Assembly (NCBI GenBank): GCA_963693365.1
Contig: CAVNZM010000004.1
Location: 3,648,047 to 3,712,046 of the forward strand
Source: Amoebidium appalachense
Lineage: Eukaryota > Protista > Ichthyosporea
Direction: 5' to 3'
DNA: 64,000 nt
In this document: in pieces, positions 53,694-64,000 of the stretch
How positions within the stretch are numbered: position 1 is the stretch's first letter
Layout: every line of letters begins with the position of its first letter
Notes under the pieces: model-generated
What the model was told of the DNA's origin: nothing
The model's database searches: none
What the model saw: only the letters and a program-made list of their open reading frames with translations
Program-made: the position numbers and the translations under genes

Positions 53694-55142
53694 CTGGAGG
53701 CAGGATGTGTGTGTTTGTGTACGTGAGTGCATGGTACTCTTTTCTTTTTTTTTTTTTTTTTTTTTTTGGGGGGAGGGGGGGGGGGGAGGGGGGCATGTAT
53801 ATTAGGTATTCCTCGTTTGCTACCTCTTCCTTTGGGGGCGAAGCATTTCTTTATACCACCATCACTGCAGGCAACCTTTCCCATATCCCCCACTCATTCT
53901 TTCGCTGACTCTTAACCATTATCAGTTTTCCCACCCACTGCCCGTTCCTAAGCTTTATAGCCTCTTTCGCCCCGTTCAAATACCCATCAAGACACCCTTC
54001 ACCCACACACCCATCCACTCCCCCCTCCCCTCGCCCTGCCCCCGCCCTCCCCCTCTGGCCCCTTTCATGAACCCACCTCGATAGAGGCTGTCTTTTTATC
54101 ATCCCCCACCAACACCCATACAGTATACGGTCTAAACTTAACTTGTCTCCCATTTCCATGTCCTCTTCTTCATGAACACAAGACAACACTGATCTATCCC
54201 CTCGCTCCTCTTCCCCCCCCCCCCCCCCCCCCCACTCACCCACTCCCACCCCCCGGCCCGTTTTTACAGGACCAACGTCACCACTACAAACCACATTCTT
54301 ATCCTGCCCCCCTCTCCCCTTCCTTCTTCCTTTGGTATCCCCTTCCCCTCCGAGGGGGCGATCGGAGGGGGTTTGGGGGGCGGGGGGGAGGGGGGGAGCG
54401 GACAAAAACAGTCGAATTAGGGAAAAAAAATGAACTATTCTCTCCATCCTCCTCCCCTGCGCTTCACCTCTTCCCTTCAATTTATTGTGCCCTGTCAATT
54501 TTCAGCCCCAGAATTTCCGCTCCCGAACATTCACTTGCATAAACCGTCGTCTCAACTAAGGAGAGTGGGATCTTACTAACTCTACCTAAACCTCTGTTAT
54601 CTTCAAACCCGTACGTGTCTCTGCTGACACACTTTGTGTTTGTGGAATCTGCCACCCCACCTCTTCCCCCTCCCCCCACCTACCCACCCCACACCCATAC
54701 ACCACCCTGCCGTTTATTGAACCTCTTCTTTCCGCCCCCATTGGCATTGGGTCCCTCTTCCCGTCCCAGTAATATCAGTTTGCCTCTTTTCTTAGGTAAT
54801 CCCGCAGCGATTAGCGCTCCCCTTCATGCTACCGCCGATGACCTTTGTTTAATAGCACACTGCCCACGTAAGCCAAAATCCCAGCCCTTTCCGTGTCCTT
54901 GAATCATAAAACACCATTTCAGGCAGACGCATCAGCATGTGCTTCTTACCTTTGCGTTGCTTCCTGATTGAGCCGATATCCCCGAGCCATAGGGCGAAGC
55001 CAAAAGCAACTGGTGGGAACCGTGCCATAATCCTCCCAGCTATCTCAGGGGGACGACCGTCTGGGGAGGTGCTAAACGCTCGTTTCCACATGCCGTCTAG
55101 TGTTCTGTGCGACACTTGTCTTGCGCTAGCTATTCTTGCCAT
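48212..55142 (-). CDS. TAM41: mitochondrial phosphatidate cytidylyltransferase TAM41/Mmp37, 8 exons, ~355 aa (1-bp insertion in exon 1)
   Basis: Exons 55142-54950, 53399-53217, 52579-52487, 51745-51598, 50757-50618, 49956-49842, 49124-49065, 48348-48212. Arg-rich presequence-like N-terminus; FA[+1]YGSG, MIDLVFAV...WHRENL, LIKYGV...DLLDWSTLYVAGRLHKPV, GISYLGDFRM.FGENPHKV.NIV, Q.LKGVMTAG..K...Y..EK. Confidence 0.93.
50315..50586. mobile_element. MITE family A copy 2 (diverged)
   Basis: TTAA-AGCAACCATCGC...GATCGAGCTTGATCTGATCGAGGAC...TGACGTCA...TCCTCAATCGGATCAACCTCGA...CTAAAATGG; collinear with 21131-21452; right TSD eroded. Confidence 0.8.
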
Positions 55143-56335
55143 CTTTAGCAAATAGAGGCTAATGTTAGTGCTTGATGCGGCGCCACGGAGCGAATTAACG
55201 TGGTCGATGTAGCAATTGGGCCGAACGAGTCGGAACGACGCGTGTTCTTCTAGCTGGAACCTAAAGAGTTAATAAATAATAAATAAATAAATAAAATATA
55301 TATATAAAAATAAAAAAGGACGTCCTTACAGGTCACGGCCCTCTGAAAAAAAGGGCCGTGTTACAGGTGCTCTGAAAGGGCAGGGATCCATCAACCATGT
55401 ATAAGAAAGGATGCAAAAAAAAAGCCTCAAATAAACCTTGATTCTTGAGTTTTGGGCAGATTTACCACGTATTTTAGTCCTCGCATCGCTCTCATACACT
55501 GAGATTCTCAGCCTTTCACTCTCTCTCTCTCTGGTATGATGTGCCCGCATGGCCGGTGTAACTGAGACTGTTTTGTTGGCTGGCTAATGATTGGCGTTCC
55601 CGGCATCATACCGGTCAAATAGCTATATTTGGCTAAAATGGTAAGAGGCGGGTAACACGAGAAGAACTTCCTCTCTTCGCCGCTAATCCGTTTTTGTGTG
55701 ACGCACTTCCCGTATACGTGGGGTCGGTAGGCTCAAAAAATAACAAACAAAAACCTACTAGAGTATATAAGTATTTTTAAAAAGAAGAGAGCAACCGCCA
55801 GCTGTATATTGATGGCTGAACAGCAACAATACAGCCTTGTGCATGTGGGTTGCCGGGTTTTACCTCCCTCAAGGTTTGATGTATTTTTAGCCAATCACTG
55901 TGGTCTGAACTTCCAGGCCAGCAGCCGCCGGGCTCCCGCCCTGGCGACAACTCCTGAGCCTGTCCAAAAGACAAGACAAACGTTGAACAGAGGGAGACAA
56001 AACAACTGCTATGTTAACTTTGTATGAAGTAGGCCGTGTAAACGTCTAATTCATCCATTCCTTTGTATTTACAAGCGTACACAGCCCGATCACGGGACCT
56101 TCTAGGGAGGAGCCGGAGTTTAGCCACCTTGAAATTTGAACAATTAAGGCTGGCGTCTGGAAACCACAGCGACATGCGCACAATAGGGTGTACTCCACTT
56201 CGCGTTTCAGCCCTGGAAGGGCCTATAAGTCCCTGTAACTTCCCTTGTTTTACTTTTACAGGCGATGAAATAACGTTTAGTTTTAATAAACATGCCCTAT
56301 AGTGCCCACCGAATTATGGAGCATTAACCGCCAAA
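55143..56335. promoter_or_regulatory. putative bidirectional promoter between TAM41 (-) and CABLES (+)
   Basis: Divergent starts ~1.2 kb apart; nearly microsatellite-free; ATTGG (CCAAT) box near 55590 and ACTTCC motifs at 55660-55710. Confidence 0.5.
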
Positions 56336-57964
56336 ATGGAGCCTAAAGGTGAAACAGCACGCAGCAGCAACCGACGGGCGGCTGCCAAGCACTTCTTATC
56401 CAACATTAGTCTAAGCGGTGAACTTGCGGACGAATCCGAGTCCCAAGAGCGTCGTTCACCTTCTGGCTCCCGCAAACCCAACAAACATTCGGAGAGCACA
56501 ACAAGGCCACGAACCCAGATCCGTCGGGGTAGTGATCGGGATGCACTGAGCAAGGTGGCCAAAGCGGCTGTAGCTGCCGCACATGGGGTGGAACTTCCCA
56601 TTCCAAACGGTAAACTTCATTCGCCCGCTAGTTCTCCCCAACTCGGTGGGAGATATGGCGGTTCGCTCGTGTCTTTGAACAGATCTAGCGAGAGGTTGCC
56701 TGCTGCTTCCGCTGACGATTTGGCAGCTTCCAGAAACGAGGAGTTTAGTCAACGGGTAACCCAGGAAAATGGAGGAAACATGAGCACTGAGGTGGTGGAG
56801 GCTACGAGCGATGGTATACTTGCATCCTCCTCTGTCCCGATAGTGATCAAGCAACAGGGAACAAGCGGGCCGCGAAGGAGACATAGTCCCCTTCTGTCCA
56901 CCACACCAGATAAGTACAAGGACCTGTTGCGCTCACCGGGGAAAAACACAGCAAGTAGGAGACATTACCATGACCACCACAGCATACACCACCACCACCA
57001 CCACCATCAACCGCACAGCACACACATGGTTAGTAGCCCAAGGCTCCGTAACCCTACAGCAACCAAGCGATCGGACGCCCTCATGTTTCTTTCTGGTTTG
57101 CGGCTGGACGGGACGATAGATTCACCAGCACCACCACGAGAGGAGGAGCAGGTTAGAGAGCTGGAAAGCACGTCCCTCGGAGAATCCTACACGTCGTCAT
57201 GTTCCAGTTTGGGTTGTTTGGCTGCTGGAGCAGCATGCTTAGATGGACGGCCTCTGAGTATGACCAGCCAAGAATCAGACGACCAGCCACCCTCACACAT
57301 CAACATGACTTTGGAGAATGATTTGGCGTCGGTGGGTGCTGCAGGCAGCTCCTCATGCAGTGTGCCTGTGGGTGAGCACGAGGACAGGGAGGAGCACAGA
57401 GGTGGGTGGTGCATTTGTGCCCTTGTGTACTTGTTCACCATTATTCCTCGGTGTGGCTACGTTTGTCTCTTATAACAGCCCCACCCTTCGACCCCACCCC
57501 CTGCCCTTACTCACAGCTGCTGCTCTTTTATCCCCTATCCTCCTGCCCCTCCCCCTTCCCCCCCTTGGCTCACCATTTAATTATATTGCCTCTGTCCTCT
57601 CTCTCTTCCCCCCCCCCCTCTCCCCCCCCTCTCTCTCCCTCCCCCCCCCTCCCCCTCTCTCCCCTTGCAGTTTCTCTTTTTCTCTTTCTCGATGTCCCCC
57701 CCCACCCTCTCCTCCCTCCCTCCCTCCCTCTCTCTCTCTCTCTCTCCCTCCCTCCCTCCCTCCCTCCCTGTCTCTCTCTCTCTCTCTCTATCCCTCCCTC
57801 CCTCCCTCCCTCCGTCCGTCCGTCCCTCTCTCTGCCCCTCTCCCTCCCCCCCCCCCCTCGTCCCCCCACCCGCCTCTCCAACTCCCTCTTCCTCAACCGC
57901 ACATGCATACACACGCGCGGGGGCGAGCAAACAAACAGACACACACACATACAGAAGACACACA

Positions 57965-57997
<33 letters not shown>

Positions 57998-58282
57998 CAC
58001 GCACGTACGCACACATGCCTCTCTCCATTTCCCTTTCCCCTATGTCCCCACTCTTCGTATTTTATCTCCTTTTATTTCGCATTCCCTCTTCCTCCGAGCT
58101 CTCCTCACTCTGAGGGGGAGCTAGCATGTGTCCCACCTCGCCTATGCAGTTTGCTGCAATGCTCCCCTTGTAAAAAACTATTGCAAACGTCCACTGTCTT
58201 GGACATCCCCACAAGCTAATATGCGCTCAATTAATTGTCGATTGGATTTTTTTTGGAAAGAAAAGAAAAGAAAATGCCCCCC

Positions 58283-58372
<90 letters not shown>

Positions 58373-58380
58373 TTCACACA

Positions 58381-58462
<82 letters not shown>

Positions 58463-59069
58463 GACACAGACACGGTTGCTGACAATATGGACACCGTGCC
58501 ATCTCTCTTACGTATCGACCAACGTGGGGGTGCACCTGCCTTGCGCCGGCAGGCCAGCGGTGCAAAAATAGATCCCCCTGCAGATCAATCCCTAGCCATG
58601 CAGAGGGGTCGCAGCCTTAACATTAGGGTGGGTATTATTTTATTATTAGTTATATTTATTTATCGTTTGTTTTGATTAATTTGATTGATTCGTTTGTTTA
58701 CTTATTGACTGTGGTTTAGTTATCGCTCGTTAGAAGATGCCCCCTCCCCCCTCCCCCCTCCCCCCTCCCTCCCAAATGAGTTCAACTGATGTTGCCGTGG
58801 TTCTATCTGTATGTGTTGTTTCTGTGCTTGTTTGCATGGTGTTGCACGCCGTGACAATGTTCTTAGGTCGGCGTAACGCCGTGCCTTTGCTCCCCAACCC
58901 ACCGAACACAAACGCCTTGTACTTGCTTACCCTCACCGTTTAACTACTCCTCTCTTTTCCTTGCTTAACCGGGCTACTAACCGGTTTGCACAGCAGATGC
59001 ATTCGTTCTATCCCCTATCAACTTCCTATGCCATCAGTGCACTTACACCCGCCCACGCTCTCTCTGCCT

Positions 59070-59134
<65 letters not shown>

Positions 59135-59170
59135 CACAAACACATAACCTTTCTCCATACACAGGCGCAG

Positions 59171-59245
<75 letters not shown>

Positions 59246-59315
59246 ACCTTTCTCCATACACAGGCACACACTTACCCCCCCCCCCCCCCTACCTTCCCCC
59301 CCTCGTACACTACCT

Positions 59316-59372
<57 letters not shown>

Positions 59373-59483
59373 CCTCCACCCACACACACACGCACATGCA
59401 CACGTACACATTCTACCTTCCCCCCCGCTCCTGCCCACCCACCCCCACCCCAACACACACACACACACACACATACACTACCT

Positions 59484-59528
<45 letters not shown>

Positions 59529-59616
59529 CCTCCACCCACACACACACACTGCCCTCCACCCACACGCACACGTACATATTCTCCCTCCCCCCATCCTGCC
59601 CCCCCATCCCCACCCC

Positions 59617-59677
<61 letters not shown>

Positions 59678-59840
59678 CGACAGGCAGTGCACGGCCGAGC
59701 CAGCTGGACAGCATGCCCTCTGAAGGGCTCGGGAGGTCAGCTAGTCGGTCTGGCCGGCTGTCTGCACCCACCGACCAGTACCTAGTGGTGCCCCGTGTGC
59801 CTGCTGCAACCCCCGTCGCTGGTATGTGTGAAAAGTGAAG

Positions 59841-59872
<32 letters not shown>

Positions 59873-59990
59873 TTCTTTGATGCAAGAGGACACGTAGCAG
59901 GGGGGGGGGGGGGGGAGGGGGGGGGCTGGCCCCTCTCTTGAAGGTAACCGGATGGATAACGGGGAGGGCGGGAGGGGAGGAGGGATATCG

Positions 59991-60021
<31 letters not shown>

Positions 60022-60060
60022 TCTGTATGTTGGTGTTTGTTTGGGGCACTTCTACACGGC

Positions 60061-60120
<60 letters not shown>

Positions 60121-61096
60121 CGGGGGGGGATATCGTATGGATGTGTGTGTGTGTGTGTGTGTTTATGTTGGTGTTTGTCTACGGGTACTTCTACATAGCC
60201 CTGTTCCGGTATATGTGTGCACGTGTGTGTGTCTCTGAGCATGGTTTGTTTGTGCTCACCTTGCCCATGTTGCCAATCACACACATTACCGCCAGTGTCA
60301 ATGTATTTTAACCTATGTGTCTGCATGCTCTTAACCATGTTTATGGTCTGCCCGCAGTATGAGAATTGAAAGTGTTTGCATGATTTTCCCGATAGATCTT
60401 GTGCTGTCGTAAGCCTGGAATATGGGCTAAGGTGTTTCACATGGAAGGCCCTGGTTGAAACTGCAAATTCCGGTGCCTATGTCTATGTGTGTTATGTAAT
60501 AGGCGCCCGCCCCGGGAGGGGGGGGGGGGGGGGGGGGGGGGGGGAAGGGGGAAACGAACTGATCTTTTTTGGTTTTAGTTTTCAGTGTTCTTCGCTACAA
60601 GCGCAGCAGGCCTCCAGGTTAGTACAACACCCTCCCCCTCCCCCCCTCCCCCCCCCCCCCCCCCCTCCCCACACACACACACACCACACCACCACCCCTT
60701 CACCCACCCACCCACAGCCCCCTTTCCGTCCTCCTCCCTGCATTCCTCCCTCATCACTCCCCCCTGCAACTGCGTCTCGTGCACCCTTTGTGGGAATGGG
60801 GGTTGGGAATAATGGGTATCTTCATGAACAGCCCCCAAGGGGAAGGAGGAGAGGGTGTGTTGGTGGGGGGTAATTTTCTTGTGGTCCCCCCCCCCCTTCC
60901 TCTCTTGCCTCCCTCTGGTTTCTCTCTTTCCCGTCCCTTCCCTGCGTTTTTAGCCACTTGTTGTGCATAAGTTAGTGTGTATGATGGGAGGAGGGAAGGG
61001 GGTTGGGTAACGAATGGTGGTTTTTTTCTCTCTCTGGGGAAAGTGGGGGGAAAGAGATCTCGAGTGCCGGAGAGGCATCGGGGTGTGTGTGTGTCG

Positions 61097-61131
<35 letters not shown>

Positions 61132-61176
61132 GATGGATGGAAATGTAACGCCTCTTAGGGTGTGTGTTGTGTACTG

Positions 61177-61226
<50 letters not shown>

Positions 61227-61227
61227 G

Positions 61228-61261
<34 letters not shown>

Positions 61262-61790
61262 GTATCCGTGTGTGTGTGTACGTGCTTGTGTGCCTGGTGT
61301 GTGTGTATTACTGTGATTTCCTTCTCTTAGCACTTGGGTCATGGAATCCTGGTTGGAAAGGCTGTTGTGGTGATACACTGAGGGACATGTGTGCTAACGT
61401 GTGCATTATTTTGACTCCCTATGCAATTTTATTGTGAATAACTATGCGATGTCTTTGTGACTAATGTTTTATTGGTGCTGCTCACGCACACAGAACTGTA
61501 CGCCTTGGGGTCAAGAGAGATTCAGGCCACGCCCCAAGGACAACCACTGGCACGACGCCAATCCACCGAGAACACAAAAGAACAAGCGAGTGAGGAGCGT
61601 TCATATGTACACCTGATCAAGGAATCGCTGGTATGTGGGTTTGGTGCTGGTATTAGTGTACGTGCGCGGTAAGATGTTTGTGACGTGCAAAGGATGTATG
61701 ACTTGGGTTATGCATACAGGTTAGCACGTGTGCCCATACCGGTCACACGCACTCACACGTGCATACAGACGTGCGCACACACATACACAC

Positions 61791-61842
<52 letters not shown>

Positions 61843-61953
61843 ACTCACATACACACAGATATGTTTATTTGCAGCCACATAACAACCTGTGCATATGTGT
61901 TGTCTTTTTTGTTTGGTGAAGAGGGAAAGAAGAAGAAGAGGGAGGGTGTGTGT

Positions 61954-61997
<44 letters not shown>

Positions 61998-62639
61998 CGG
62001 ATGAGGTATCGAATTACCTGGCTGACTGAGTCTGGATACCTCTGCTGACGTGAAATTGGTAAATAGGGAGCACGGACGGTAGAGGGGAATAGACTTGTAG
62101 GATGGGCCCATTCCACTGTGCACACTTGAGGACCAACGGTTCAATACAGACTATGTACGCTTCCAGGCTACTAAAACTTGGACGTCGCTGGCTAAAATCA
62201 CTATGGCATATGACGTCACACTGAGATACTTCCACATATGGATGTATCTCTGTGTGACGTCATTTTAGTTTGAGATTTCCCCAAGAATCAGCTAATTATG
62301 TGGTCTGTCGGGGTACATAGTCTTTTTTGAATCGTTAGTCGTTAACCCATTGGCATACAGGAGGACACGGACACTGAGTCGTTGGATCTCCTGGAGATGC
62401 CTCACCTGCGCTTGGGCCGGCACAGAACTGTGCTGAGCCTGCCTGGGTATAAGGTGTGGGTCCAAGCCCCTTGCATCCTTTGTTCCGCCTTGTTATGTTT
62501 TTGCCCTTCGTATGTTCTGTTTCCTTGTGCGGGGATGTGTGTGTTCATTTAAAATGGGGAGGGGGGGGGGGGGGGGGGGTGTTATCCTATCCTATCCTCA
62601 AAGGACAATGTCATAAACATATGCACATTCATGCAGAGC

Positions 62640-62681
<42 letters not shown>

Positions 62682-62767
62682 CGGTTGGTGGATAAATAAG
62701 TGACTGATTGGGTGGATAGGAGTGAGTGAGTGATTTGTGGGTGGGTGGATGGGTCGGTAGGTGAGTG

Positions 62768-62805
<38 letters not shown>

Positions 62806-62995
62806 TGTGTATCTGTGCGAGCTTGGGTGTGTGAGCTTGCGTGTGCATGCGTGTGTGTAGTCGTATGTTCTGTTTCCTTGTGCGGGGATGTGTGTGTTCA
62901 TTTAAAATGGGGATGGGAGGGGGGGGGGGGGGGGGGGTATCCTATCCTATCCTCAAAGGACAATGTCATAAAACATATGCACATTCATGCAGAAC

Positions 62996-63041
<46 letters not shown>

Positions 63042-63127
63042 CGGTTGGTGGATGAATAAGTGACTGATTGGGTGGATACGTGAGTGAGTGAGTGATTGTG
63101 GGTGGGTGGATGGGTCGGTAGGTGAGT

Positions 63128-63184
<57 letters not shown>

Positions 63185-63671
63185 TGTGTGTCTGTGGTGT
63201 GTGTGTGTATCTGTGCGAGCTTGTGTGTGTGAGCTTGCGTGTGAATGCGTGTGTGTAGGCGTGAGTGCGTGCATGCGTGCGTGTGTGCTTTCCTACCTGC
63301 CCGTGTTTTGCGCGTGCATGTATGTGTTACGTATTCACCCCGTGCACCCCACCCACCCAACCTGTTTTTCACACAGGTGTCCGTGCTGGGGTATACCCGT
63401 CCAGAGGAGTTCAAGAAGTACACCAATGAAAAGTTCAGGGACCTGCATCCTGACGTCATGATCACCCTTAGGTAAATTGCAGAAACTTGTTGAAACTAAA
63501 TACTTTCCTTTTTCCTGGATCGATTTCAACCCCCGGAATGGAAGAGGTGTGGGTGGGTGGGTAGGTTGGTGGGTGGGTGGGTGGCTCAGTGACTGGGTGG
63601 ATGGGTGGGTGGCTGGGTGTGTGTGCGTGTGTGTGTGTGTCTGTGTCGAAGATGGGAGGGCAACCTCGGCA

Positions 63672-63707
<36 letters not shown>

Positions 63708-63976
63708 TTTGCACCTTACCCCTTGAAGGCCAATGGGGTAGTAAGGGGCTTTGCGATGGCAGATATATCGAGGATTGTGAGGTATAAGCCCTGCATATCT
63801 CGTTCTGCCAGCTGTGTTTTGAATGGTTTTTTATTTTATGCCCCCTACTCATTGCCAATCATCCGGTTTGACCTGAACTGTGTTTTTTCTCTCTTCACAG
63901 CAAGATGCGGAGCCTCAAGAAGCAGATGGCACGGGTGGCCCTATCGAATATATCTCTGGTCCCAGGCGCCTATGAG
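56336..63976 (+). CDS. CABLES1: CDK5 and ABL1 enzyme substrate (CABLES-like, cyclin-fold), 5' part; continues past window
   Basis: Exons 56336-57401, ~58464-58631, 59684-59821, 60579-60617, 61494-61630, 62361-62453, 63377-63471, 63901-63976. Motifs [53 protein letters not shown]...[18 protein letters not shown] match CABLES as I recall it (ALSFLTNISLDG, GKHKRVL, LTLSKIRSLKREM). Confidence 0.88.
62126..62345. mobile_element. MITE family B copy 2 (TTAA-flanked, Kolobok-like)
   Basis: TTGAGGACCAACGGTTCAATACAGACTATGTAC ... GTACATAGTCTTTTTTGAATCGTTAGTCG-TTAA; central 52-bp palindrome bounded by two TGACGTCA (62211-62262); reverse-orientation homologue of 4649-4857. Confidence 0.82.
62509..63260. 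repeat. intronic tandem duplication (~350-390-bp units, 2 copies)
   Basis: CGTATGTTCTGTTTCCTTGTGCGGGGATG...TCCTCAAAGGACAATGTCAT...(GA)n...GGAAAACGGTTGGTGGAT...GTATCTGTGCGAGCTT occurs at 62509 and again at 62862. Confidence 0.9.
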
Positions 63977-64000
63977 GTTGGGCTGTCTTTTCTCTGTCTC

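Overview
Eukaryotic nuclear DNA with GT-AG spliceosomal introns and CTRAY-type branch points, saturated with (CA/GT)n, (GA)n and long G/C homopolymers; almost all ORFs in the supplied track are microsatellite artefacts. Manual exon reconstruction gives five intron-rich genes: CCDC77-like (-, ~2.8-11.8 kb), a 29-exon UFD2/UBE4B U-box E4 ligase (-, 16.0-42.2 kb), a TatD-family DNase (+, 43.1-47.2 kb), TAM41 (-, 48.2-55.1 kb, one extra base in exon 1) and the 5' part of CABLES (+, 56.3 kb to window end), plus a probable last exon at the left edge. The gene set suggests an opisthokont, possibly a unicellular holozoan (inference). Inside introns: a tRNA-Asn(GTT); a 3.2-kb array of 44-bp units that each read like a complete mini-intron on the transcribed strand; five TTAA-flanked Kolobok-like MITEs carrying TGACGTCA motifs, one collinear with the UFD2/TatD bidirectional promoter; a 72-bp inverted repeat; and a possible DIRS remnant. 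UFD2 also shows an apparent CG 3' splice site and a candidate 7-nt microexon.
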